Shown here piece after piece: positions 53,451 to 64,000 of a DNA stretch of 64,000 nucleotides. The DNA is from Octopus vulgaris. Taxonomy: Eukaryota. A program made the translations under genes and the position numbers. Every line of letters begins with the position of its first letter. Within the stretch, counting starts at the first letter, position 1. The notes beneath the pieces were generated by a model. The model searched no databases. It worked only from the letters and a program-made list of their open reading frames with translations, and had not been told where the DNA came from. The stretch covers positions 101,432,001 through 101,496,000 of the forward strand of contig OX597822.1 of NCBI GenBank assembly GCA_951406725.2. Direction: 5' to 3'.

Positions 53451-53871
53451 ACTCTTTTACTCTTTACTCTTTACTCTTTTACTTGTTTCAGTCATTTGAC
53501 TGCGGCCATGCTGGAGCACCGCCTTTAATCGAGCAACTCGACTCCGGGACTTATTCTTTTGTAAGCCCAGTACTTATTCTATCGGTCTCTTTTGCCGAAC
53601 CGCTAAGTGACGGGGACGTAAACACATCAGCATCGGTTGTCAAGCAATGCTAGGGGGACAAACACAGACACACAAACATGCACACACACATACATATATA
53701 TATACATATACGACGAGCTTCTTTCAGTTTCCGTCTACCAAATCCACTCACAAGGCATTGGTCGGCCCGAGGCTATAGTAAAAGACACTTGCCCAAGGTG
53801 CCACGCAGTGGGACTGAACCCGGAACCATGTGGTTCACAAGCAAGCTACTTACCACACAGCCACTCCTGCG
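53451..53871 (-). mobile_element. SINE family C nested in ORF1-only copy 2
   Basis: Full copy; CAGTT repeated at the flanks. Confidence 0.9.
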
Positions 53872-54495
53872 CAGTTCATAATTTTTTTCCATCATTTTTA
53901 TAAAACATCCTTATTTCAAAATTTTGAATATCTCACTTAATTTCCTTTGTATTAGACATTCCATTATGTCCTCAAATGACACACCACCGGTGGCAACTCA
54001 TTGGATCGAAACTGTAACTGGGATATCTCTATCATTTCCCCCGAATAGTTCCTTCAACTTCTCACCTTTCTCTTTTACAAGCAAGCTTGCTTTAAATGCA
54101 TCTTTGCACGGTTTAGGCGCTAACTTCACACTCATTTACACCAAATACTCCGTTAAATGTTCGAATGCCACCACCGGCGGCAATTCATCAAAGCGATGTA
54201 CACCGATGTCACTTCTAACATTTCAAACTTTCTCTTCTCCCTCTCTTTCCAGCAGATCACCTTTCAAACCTACATTGTTCTCGTTGGGTGACAATTAAAT
54301 TCTATTTACGTTCTTCTTTTTCGCAATCTCTTTTTGTATCATATTTCTTAATTGTTTTCCTTTCGGTGTCTCTCTCTGTTTTTCTTCACCAATCTCTTCT
54401 ACTGTTGCTGGTATTCTTATCTCTGTATGTCTGTCATTATTTGTTGCTATCGTTTCTCTTTCATTTTCCTTTTTCTTCTGTACTTTCTCCACCGT

Positions 54496-55206
54496 ACATT
54501 ATTTACATTATTTACAATTGACAGATATTTGTCCTCATTTTGTTTGTTGTTAACACAACGTTTCTGCTGATATACCCTCCAGCCTTCATTAGGTGTCTTG
54601 GGTAAATTTCGTACATGGGTTCTCATTCCTAAGGTATTTTTCGATGTTGTTGTTGTTATTATTACTATTGAGTGAGAGAGCAGTGCATGCCATCAAAGTG
54701 ACACTGGGGTAAAATATACGAAGCCCAGTATACCCATCATGACTACCCGTCTGATAAGGGTACACTAGGCACATGCATCACAACCATATGTGTGCGACAT
54801 GGTGATCTCATATCAAAATAAACAGCACATGACCTTGCAGGTGGGGCCCAGTTAGAATTTTCATCAGGTCGAGTAACCCATCCCACTCGAAAGGTCCCTG
54901 AATAAGGGTTGTTTAAGGATGTTGAACGAAACACCCATGTTTCCAGAGGTGAATTATTCAAACCCCAAAGAATCCCTCTCAACACGTGGCTATGATGCTC
55001 CCCCACTAATTTTGCTCGTGATCAGAGATGCACATATCGTCAGCCACTAAGGGACATGCTCAACTGGTTAAAGTCAAACAACTGACAAGCAAATCTGTGG
55101 TATTGAGCAGAATATTTGCTGTAGCCCATCTTTTATACCAAGACAAAACAATGTACATGATAACACTTCCAATCAGTTAAGATCAGAAGCCATGAGAGCC
55201 ACTGCC

Positions 55207-55269
<63 letters not shown>

Positions 55270-55360
55270 CATTATGATTATTATTCAGATCACTGCCTGG
55301 AATCGAACTCGAAATCTTGGGGTTAGGAGCCCGCGCTCTTAACCACTACGCCATATGCCC
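54496..55360 (-). mobile_element. tRNA-head + hammerhead SINE, left arm of the inverted dimer
   Basis: Head GGGCATATGGCGTAGTGGTTAAG...GAGTTCGATTCC, then (AAT)n and a mutated hammerhead CTAATGA...GAAACGTT at 54553-54596. Confidence 0.85.
54669..55208 (-). mobile_element. ~540-bp non-coding retro-like insert in the (AAT)n tract of the left arm
   Basis: Absent from the right arm and flanked by (ATT)n on both sides. On the minus strand it ends ...CTCTCACTCAATAGTAATAAT. R4/Dong-dependent mobility is inferred only. Confidence 0.65.
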
Positions 55361-55362
55361 GG

Positions 55363-55643
55363 GGGCATATGGCGTAGTAGCATATGGCTACTAACCCCAA
55401 GATTCCGAGTTCGATTCCAGGCAATGACCTGAATAATAATAATTATAACAATAATAACAACATCGAAAAATACCTTAGGAATGAGAACCAAGGTTCAAAA
55501 TATCCCCAAGACACCTGATGAAGGCTGGAGGGTATACCAGCCGAAACGTTGTGTTAACAACAAACAAGATGAGGACAAATATCCGTCAATCGTAAATAAT
55601 GTAAATAATGCACGTAATTCCACACCTCGTAAATATAGAACTG
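55363..55643 (+). mobile_element. tRNA-head + hammerhead SINE, right arm (about 280 bp)
   Basis: GGGCATATGGCGTAG..GAGTTCGATTCC..(AAT)n..hammerhead..AAATATAGAACTG. Confidence 0.85.
55510..55555 (+). ncRNA. Minimal type I hammerhead ribozyme (PLE-type)
   Basis: GACAC-CTGATGA-A-GGCTGG(agggtata)CCAGCC-GAAA-CG-TT-GTGTT. Palindromic AACGTT replaces stem III. Confidence 0.8.
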
Positions 55644-55805
55644 TTTCTCCTCCGTGGTAGTTGTTGGTAACGGTCTCTGTTTTCTTTCTTCGACTTTGTC
55701 ACTTTTGTTGGCCTTTCATTCTTTTCTCTGCTCGTCCCCTTTTCCTTGTTTCACGCTCTGCGTCTCCTCTCCATTTCCTTTTCTTTTCTTCCTAGGACTT
55801 TTTGG

Positions 55806-56251
55806 GGATCTTTTCGGTTTGAACGGCAGTTTTTTTCTAGCGGTGTCATATGAAATTGTCACCCATAATTATGACCCTAGTATCGATCTATTGCATTTCA
55901 ATCTGTTTTAGGGTTAGGGTTAGTTAGGGTTAGGGTTAGGGTTAGGGGTGGGGGGAAGGGTATCTTTTTTTCTTCAGAAATGTAAATAAACCCAATCTGT
56001 TTCTTAAACGAAGGACATTTTCATACGGCACAGAATGCTTTTTTTTTTTACCTCAATAGATGTCATTGATTGGTTGAAATTGCAGAAATTGAAGAAAAAA
56101 ACAACAAATATCTTACAAACTATAGAATTTTCTCAATAAAGCCAAGAGAAAAAGATGTTTTATAAACACATTCTACCAGTATACGAAGTTTAAAAGTGTT
56201 TAGTTACGTGGAAATTATTTTAAAAAACTGCCGTTCAAACCGAAAAGATCC
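55806..56251. mobile_element. MITE with internal (TTAGGG)n, second copy
   Basis: Perfect 30-bp TIRs; 8-bp TSD CTTTTTGG at 55798-55805 and 56252-56259. Confidence 0.92.
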
Positions 56252-56730
56252 CTTTTTGGTGGTGAGTTCACGTTACTCTTCTTCATCTTCACCACTGTGT
56301 ACTGTGTACTTCCATACTTTGATCCTCTACGGTTGAAACCTCTTCTTCTTGTTATTTCTCTATCTCCTCGTCTTCATGTTTCTCGGGACACTTCGCTTTC
56401 ATGTGCCCCCGTACTCCACACTGAAAGCAAATAGGAGGTCTTCCTTCCACCATGACTCTTAACTTCGCTTCGTCAGGCAAAACTAGTTTTTCTGTGATTT
56501 TATGAAGGTCTGGCAAACTAATGTGGACCGTCACCTCAAAGCCGTACCCCAGCAGTTTACCTCCGTAGTTCTTGTGATTTTAAGTATTTTAGTTTCCTCT
56601 TCTGTATTATAGAGGGTGGCTGCCACCAGCCACACCCCGTCAATTATCTTAAGATATCTTGTCCACGGATAAACAAGCAAACAAAGAAAACGACTGAAAA
56701 CAACACCTCCGCTTTAGCGAAGGCGGACGT

Positions 56731-57560
56731 AATAATAATTCCATATATCAAGTTGCAAAAATTTGCCCCCATTTTTCTTTGATCTAATGAACCATCCAAC
56801 GTCCTCTAGTGTGCTTGACAGCAGTGCAAGTCCAATCTTAGGTCTAAGAGTCGGTAGTATTCTACCAATAATATTTTTACTAATCCTACACATATCCGAG
56901 AAAGGCATGTTAGTCTAACGGTTGGATCGCTATCAAAATATATTTTGTGGTCCTTTGAATTAATTCCAAGTTTTTTTTTTGGGGGGGGGGGGGCACATGG
57001 CTAGGTTCTATTATTTCTAGTCCAGTAACTAATTCAAATCGCTCACTATTTAAACTGATTAATGTATCATTAGGTACACGTTTATATTTACTACAAAGTT
57101 CTTCCGTAATTAGTTTTTACAGCGTGTGGTAAGAGCAATGCACAAATTCCCAGTTTTATCCTCCGTCGCTAAGATCTCTGGAGCCTTTTCAAATTCCAGT
57201 AATTTTCTCTGTTTTTTTTTTCTGGTATTGTTATGCCTTCTAGGATATTTCCTAAATTTTATATCTTTAATGATTTTATATTGTTCCACATCAAAGGATG
57301 ATTTTATATTGTTCCACATCAAAGGGCGCCAGGTGTCGATCGTATGGTGAATTGCTCAGGGATTTAAATTCACGATTTAGTGCATCTTCGAATTCTTGAG
57401 AACTTCTACATTTCTTGTCGAAGAAGAACGCTTTCCAGCGCTTCGAGTAAAGGAAGCTGAATTCTCCAACAGTTGCCCTACGTATTCCATTTGCTAGGTA
57501 TAGGTATATTCCCTTAAGTAAAACGTCAAGTGCGATCTTTTCCGTTTTTCAAGCGCGCTT
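56731..57560 (-). mobile_element. Older Hydra-type PLE, N-terminal part
   Basis: KRWKAFFF, EFKS..SP...LAPFD, IKDIKFRK, EDKTGNL, SDMCRISKNII, GWF..KFLQLDIWNYY. Confidence 0.8.
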
Positions 57561-57635
57561 TAGTTACCAAAACACACACACACACACATATTTAAATATA
57601 TATGCATATATACGTATGCGGTAATATTTTTAAAT

Positions 57636-57961
57636 GTGAAGGCACGTAGCTTAGTGGTTATGGCATTCGGCTCACGATTATAAGGTCGTGATTTCGATTC
57701 CCGGCGACGCGTTGTGGCCTTGAGCAAGACACTTTATTTCACATTGCTCCAGTCCACTCAGCTGGCAAAAATGAGTAGTACCTATATTTCAAAGGGCCGG
57801 CCTTGTCACATTCTGTGTCACGCTGAATCTCCCTTAGAACTACGTTAGGGGTACGCGTGTCTGTGGATTTCTCAGTCACTTGCACGTTAATTTCATGAGC
57901 AGGCTGTTCCGTTGATCGTATCAGCTGGGACCCTCGTCGTCGTAAAGGACGGAGTGATCCT
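57636..57961 (+). mobile_element. tRNA-derived SINE, head B + tail X (older)
   Basis: Matches the 34668 family; TSD TAATAT(T/C)TTTAAAT. Confidence 0.88.
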
Positions 57962-59449
57962 TAATATCTTTAAATATATATACATTTGTGTGTATCTATA
58001 TATCCATGTATTTAATTTACTTCATATATTGACCTGTCTCACTTGCTTATCTCTATATTTACTACTCTGCCCGCTCAAGTTTAAATCTTTTGACCACTGC
58101 CAAGTGTATTCTATAGAAGAATATCTGATTTTCTGCCGTGAATTATGTATTCACACACACACACATGGGCTAATGGCAATCCTTCTGTAAATTTCCCGTC
58201 TGCCTATATTCTAGTAACAGTGTGTATCTGTTTATGGATGTGGCTGTGTGCCCGTTTGTGTGTATTAGTCAATTAGCGATCGCAACAATGTTGTGATAAA
58301 TCTTTACCTTTGAGAGTTTATATATTAATGCAAATGAGTGATGAACTGATTTTAACTCGGATCATATTAGAGTATACGAATGTGGAACACACGAACATTA
58401 AAAGTGTAAAAATTCTTGAATGTAATCTTTAAAATATACAGCGTAAAAGGATTAAATAAACGAATTATTTTGCAGACATTTATTTAATTAATATAGTTCT
58501 TCGAATAAATAGTTTTCCTTTTACCATTGTGTGAGAATTTGGCTGCTATCGCTTGCATAGCAGAAGGCAAATGAAGCAGGTTTAAATACGAGGATCTATG
58601 AACGTCGGAGTTTAATATAGGACGACAATCCCATGTTTGTAAACAACTCTCAGTTCGGAAGTATACAAGTATAGTTAAGTGGAAGCTGAGGTAAAAGGAG
58701 TTTAGCCAATTCTTCTTCATGTGGAGTTTAGAACTTCATCATACTTGGACTATTGAACTTTCAACCAGTCGCATATTTTTTTTTAAAATTTCGTTTCTGT
58801 TCGTTTTTCTTTTCTGACGTAATAAACGCTTCATATTCGTACATATGTGCACACGCCTATCACTTTCCTCTTGCTTTTCCACGTACCTCACCTAATCTTC
58901 CTTTACCAGTTCGCTACCGTACTCGGTAAATTCCTTCCAACATATCCGGATTTTTCACCAGTGTTCTGTAATTTTTATATAACCTTTTCACAGATTTTCC
59001 TTTTTAATTTATCACTTATTCCTTTATTCTTAATTATGTTACCACTGTTTCGAATTGTAATTAGTTTTTCTATAATTGAAAACAAAAATTCTCTGACCTA
59101 TTTTTTCTCTTTGAATTCTCAACTTTTCTCCAACTTTCGCTTCTTTTGTTCATACCTGAGTTTGACTAAGCTCCACATGACAGAAAATTTTTGTGGGCCT
59201 GTAGAACATGTCCATCCCTTCAGATGCTTGGAATCTAAATATCTAACGAGGTGGAAGCGTCATACACCGTCACGAAAACTTGAGTCATGTAGAGCAGTTA
59301 GACTCATATTAAATGTATGTTACTACAAACAGATGCTTTGAGTGCTACTTTCCTTATTATGTTCACTTACTCGTAGAGTGTGTATGTATGTGTATTGATA
59401 GAGACATACAAACATTGAATTACAACAACTACGTTACCAAGTAAAAAGT

Positions 59450-59615
59450 TGGTTTCAAATTTTGGTACATTAGTTTTAGGGGAGGGGCAAGTCGATTACA
59501 TCGACTAAAGGTACTTATTTTACAGAACCCGGAATTCAAAACAAAACGTTAAGACGAACAAAATGCCGCTAAATATTTAACAGATGTCCAAACAATTGCG
59601 CCCACCCGCCGCCTT
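59450..59615 (-). mobile_element. Degenerate SINE family N
   Basis: TTTCAAATTTTGG..GTCGATTACATCGAC..GGTACTTATTT..CGCCGCCTT. Confidence 0.6.
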
Positions 59616-60024
59616 ATTACCAAGTAAAATATTAATGCAAGTGACACCTACACACATAGTACTTTATTCAATAACATTGCTCTAATTGTAAGAATGTTTT
59701 ATACGAATAATTCTTGTATTTTTCAAACACACAATTTGTAGCGATGGTATCGCAAGAAATGTCAGTAGTTTCCTTTAAGGGTAATTAGATTAATTTCTTG
59801 GCAGATATAAATTCCTGAAATGACGTGTTCAAGAATCAGAAAGTATCTGAAGCTATATTTAAGAAAGTAATCTTCTAGAAGTACTCATAACGAAATTATT
59901 CGTGTAATAAATATAGTGCCTTAACACACACCAAAAATATATTTTTTTGCTACTCAAATTTGATGGTAATACAATATGTTTTCAAGGAGTTAGCCAATAA
60001 ATGAATAAAGAAAGAGAATTTAAA

Positions 60025-60203
60025 CAGTTCTATATTTAAGAGATGAGGAATTATGTACATTATTTACATTATTTTCAATTGACGGATATTTGTCCTCATC
60101 TTGTTTGTTGTTAACACAACGTTTCGGCTGATATAACCTCCAGCCTTCTTCAGGTGTCTTGGGGAAATACCATAGGAATGAGAACCCAAGACCGAAATTT
60201 CCC
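60025..60203 (-). mobile_element. Third copy of the hammerhead SINE 3' part, with an inverted 5' segment
   Basis: Intact GACAC CTGAAGA A GGCTGG..TCAGCC GAAACGTT GTGTT on the minus strand at 60113-60158. The segment 60168-60203 is the adjacent upstream sequence in opposite orientation. Confidence 0.85.
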
Positions 60204-60362
60204 ACTTTTACCAATCAGTTTCAAACTGACTATGAAGTAATAGGATATTAAATAAGAGTGCGTGGTATTATGTAACCATGTTCTTATCTAATATCCGGTT
60301 ATCAGCCAGTGCGAAACCGTTTGGTAAGATCGGCTGAAGTACATCTATAATACTAACTTTGA

Positions 60363-60430
<68 letters not shown>

Positions 60431-60433
<3 letters not shown>

Positions 60434-60742
60434 GATGAATGTATTTTTACCTTGCTAACAATTAACACGGAAAAAATAAATAAATAGTTACCAGGGTAGC
60501 AAAAATCTCACAAGTAAAGATGTTGTAACTCCTTGTTTATAAAGGTAGAAACTTCCTGTTTACGTTCAATATTTTGAATATTATATGAATAAATAAATGG
60601 AGTTTAACGCAGGTGTAATAAAATATTTTTACTTTCGACACATGTTTCGAAAATTCCACTGATACTATTCAAAAGAATAAATGGTATAAACAATGCAATC
60701 TTCTCCTCAGGAAAGTGAAAATATCTAAACTCGTCAATAAGT

Positions 60743-60747
<5 letters not shown>
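60431..60747 (-). mobile_element. PLE 3'-terminal fragment inside (TA)n
   Basis: Shares AGATGAAT and TACC..GGTAGCAAAAATC with the PLE end at 21709-21790, and contains a hammerhead. Confidence 0.75.
60631..60716 (-). ncRNA. Type I hammerhead ribozyme
   Basis: ACTTTC-CTGAGGA-GAAGATTGCATTG...CAGTGGAATTTTC-GAAA-CATGTG-TC-GAAAGT. GUC triplet and a perfect 6-bp stem I. Confidence 0.85.
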
Positions 60748-60797
<50 letters not shown>

Positions 60798-61461
60798 TAA
60801 TCAAAATAAAAACATGATGCCAAGGATTCATTTTGATTAATTTACTCCACCACCTACACCACCAAACGGTATATACAGGTGCTTACAATTATCAAGTACT
60901 CACCCTGAATTTCTAGATATATATATATATATTTGTGTGTATGTGTTTGTGTAAAAAGTATACTACCAAAAGTACCCATCTCATGACGGGTATATACTCT
61001 AGTATAAATACATTTTATTGTTATGTCTTACGTAAAAAAATCACGTAAAAATGGCTGACAATTGATAGTAATTGAGAAACAGATGTTTGCAAATTCCAAT
61101 TACCTCTTCCAATATAAATGTATACATATTTTTAAGAAAGAAAATATGCTTATATTTCTTATAAATAAATAAATAAGATATTACATTCAGTTTTTCAAAA
61201 ATACGAACGATTTATATGTATATATTATGAATATTTTAAATTGTAGTTTAAAAACAGAATTTAGATATCTCAACAAAATTAACGTCTGGTTTCTATTATG
61301 GGTATCAAGATAGTTTTTTTATATTTATAATAGTGTGTTGTGCGAAGCAAAATACAGGATTGGGAACCATTGTAATTTACTTCTGGTTGAGAAGTTCGCA
61401 TCGCTGCTGCATGGTTTCAGGTTCGGTCTCATAGCAGGCATCTTAGACAGGTGTGTGCGTG

Positions 61462-62071
<610 letters not shown>

Positions 62072-62615
62072 CCCGAGATTGTATGACTGTGTATAGAACA
62101 ATAAATTAATCAATGAAATGCAAACCTTTTCAATTTTACAATATTGAAATAAACTAATATTTTCATGCGTTACGCAATCATCAGGTTTATGTAGCGACAA
62201 TTGTGTTTCACAATTGACAACTATATCGTTGCTATTATGTTAAACTGTCGTATGTCCAAATTTGACTAAATGCCGTTTTTTTTTTTTTTTCAAAATTTAA
62301 TTTTGCTTGCAACAGCCGGTTCTTTTGTTCAAACTATCATATCTCCAGCTGTTTCAGATGAAAATTGTCAAAGTGTTAATACAACGGTTTAGCATTTTTC
62401 AAAAGTGTAGTAAATCCCACATACCACAGCTTTGCAAAGATATTTCTGACTGAAAATATCATACATGCAAGGAGTTACGATCTTATGCGCCCAACAAAGT
62501 ATTATTGTTAAGCTGAAACTCTTGCTAATGCACAAAGAAATGGAACGGTGAAACTATTTTTTCATTTTCTGAAGAAGCAACGTTTTGGACTTACGACACT
62601 TTTGCATAATAACAA

Positions 62616-62671
<56 letters not shown>

Positions 62672-62679
62672 GTATATAT

Positions 62680-63965
62680 CAGGTCATTAAGAATGAAATG
62701 TCCGATTTTGTCATTCACCAAGTTTCACAGTCGATATCGCTAATGTTTTATCCTGACAATTCTTTGTTTTACAACATTAAATAGGTACATTATCACTTTT
62801 CGAAATGCAATTTATGGCGTCTGATTATATTGTGAATTTTCTCTTGTAAATCTATTTTTGTGAAGCCGTGGACAGATAAAAAATTCGTGTTGTTTATGAA
62901 TATGAGTGCTGTCGTGGAACCAATGCATCTCAGAGAGCTCGAAACATCAACGAGGTGTTTGGTGAAAATGTGACGAATGGGCGCTCTGTACGTCGATGGT
63001 TTGAGAAATTCCGATCTGATAACTTTACACTTGAAAATCAGTCCCTTGGTAGACCTGAGACCAAGTTGGATGATGATGAGCTGATAACTGCGGTGGAAGC
63101 GGATACATCTCAAACTACGCGTGAGTTAGCAGCAAGGTTTGATCTTTCGATTCTAACTGTATTGGATTATCTGAAACAAATCGGCATGGTAAAGAAGCTG
63201 GACAAGTGGGTACAACACGGACTGGACGAGCATCGAATGACACGTCGTCTTAGAACTTGCTGTTCTTTGCTGTCACGACATCAAAGCGAACCCTTTTTTG
63301 CATCGTATTGTTACGGGAGATGAAAAATGGATTCTTTTCAAAATAAGCAAGCGTTCTGTAAAGTGGTTGGATAGAGACGAAGCGCCAAAACACAATCCCA
63401 AAATGAATATTCACCAAAAAACACCTAATGGTGTCTGTTGGGTGGCCAAGCGCTGGCGTCATCCACTACAGCATCATGAGACCTGGTAAGTCAATTACAG
63501 CGGATGTATACATCAACCACCTGTATGAAATGATGAGTGAACTTGCAATTAAACAACCGAGATTGGTCAATAGAGACAGGTCAATTCTCTTGCAAGACAA
63601 TGCTCGACCATATGTTGCACAAAAAACCCTATTCAAGTAACAGGAACTGCACTTGGAAGTACTCTATCATCGACCATATTCACCAGACCTTGCACCAACT
63701 AACTATCACGTTTTCCATGCACGTTTTCAAGGAAAAACACTTCAAATTTGAAAATGATAAAAAAAAACAAAAACATTTCGTGATTTCGCCACCTCTTGCT
63801 ATCCAGAATTCTTGAATTCTTCGCTGCGAGCATAAATAAGGTACCGATAAAATGGCAAAATTGTATTGATAATTTAGGTGCATACTTTGATTAACTGCAT
63901 TGCATTTTGTTGAGATAAAATAAATTTTCAATTCAAAATCCGACATCTCATTCTTTATTTTACTG
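62680..63965 (+). mobile_element. Near full-length decayed mariner (DD34D, cecropia/Hsmar1-like)
   Basis: Imperfect TIRs AAGAATGA(A/G)ATGTC(C/G)GATTTTG. RRWFEKFRS, KWVQH (WVPHEL-like), IVTGDEKW, LLQDNARP, HRPYSPDLAP; stops and frameshifts present. Confidence 0.92.
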
Positions 63966-64000
63966 CATTATATTTTACTGTTTTTCAGTCACTCGATTGG

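Larger units (their letters stand above)
53162..56645 (-). mobile_element. ORF1-only element, copy 2, 5'-truncated, carrying three nested insertions
   Basis: VEGRPPICFQCGVRGHMKAKC at 56352-56534; C-terminus homologous to copy 1; AATAAA near 53170. Confidence 0.8.
51315..56730 (+). mobile_element. Non-autonomous Helentron-like (HINE-type) element; only the ends (51315-51349, ~56648-56730) remain, around nested inserts
   Basis: 5' end CAAGAGCACTCAG; 3' end has an (ACAA)-rich tract and hairpin TCCGCTTT-AGCG-AAGGCGGA. Removing the span restores the PLE frame LDIWNYY|STID. Inserted at an A/T run. Confidence 0.6.

Noticed and set aside
55288-55430. Functional tRNA genes (also the other SINE heads)
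   Set aside because: A and B boxes are present but acceptor stems are not intact, and each is fused to a repeat body.
62866-63800. Domesticated SETMAR-like gene
   Set aside because: Stops, frameshifts, TIRs still present and no SET domain: an ordinary dead mariner.

Overview
Eukaryotic, AT-rich, repeat-saturated DNA. From recall the SINE repertoire looks like an octopus/cephalopod genome; this is not database-verified. I can support no host protein-coding exon, and most ORFs in the track are microsatellite or antisense artefacts. The window holds about 30 tRNA-derived SINE copies in several modular families, and non-LTR retrotransposons of the R4/Dong, CR1, RTE and L1/Tx1 clades. It also has two Penelope-like elements (PLEs) of the Hydra type with a C-terminal GIY-YIG domain, Tc1/mariner relics, two MITEs carrying TTAGGG repeats, a GA-rich minisatellite and many microsatellites. 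The main points of interest are: (1) a tRNA-headed SINE carrying a Penelope-type hammerhead ribozyme, inserted as a head-to-head inverted dimer within one target-site duplication (TSD) at 54484-55655; (2) two ORF1-only ('half-LINE') Tx1-like elements stacked at the same 13-bp site inside a Helentron-like element, part of a five-deep nest at 50160-57560; (3) two SINE/LINE shared-tail pairs, one with CR1 and one with Tx1; (4) all four head-by-tail combinations of one SINE group; (5) a nearly intact Hydra-type PLE with long in-frame linker insertions and its own hammerhead.
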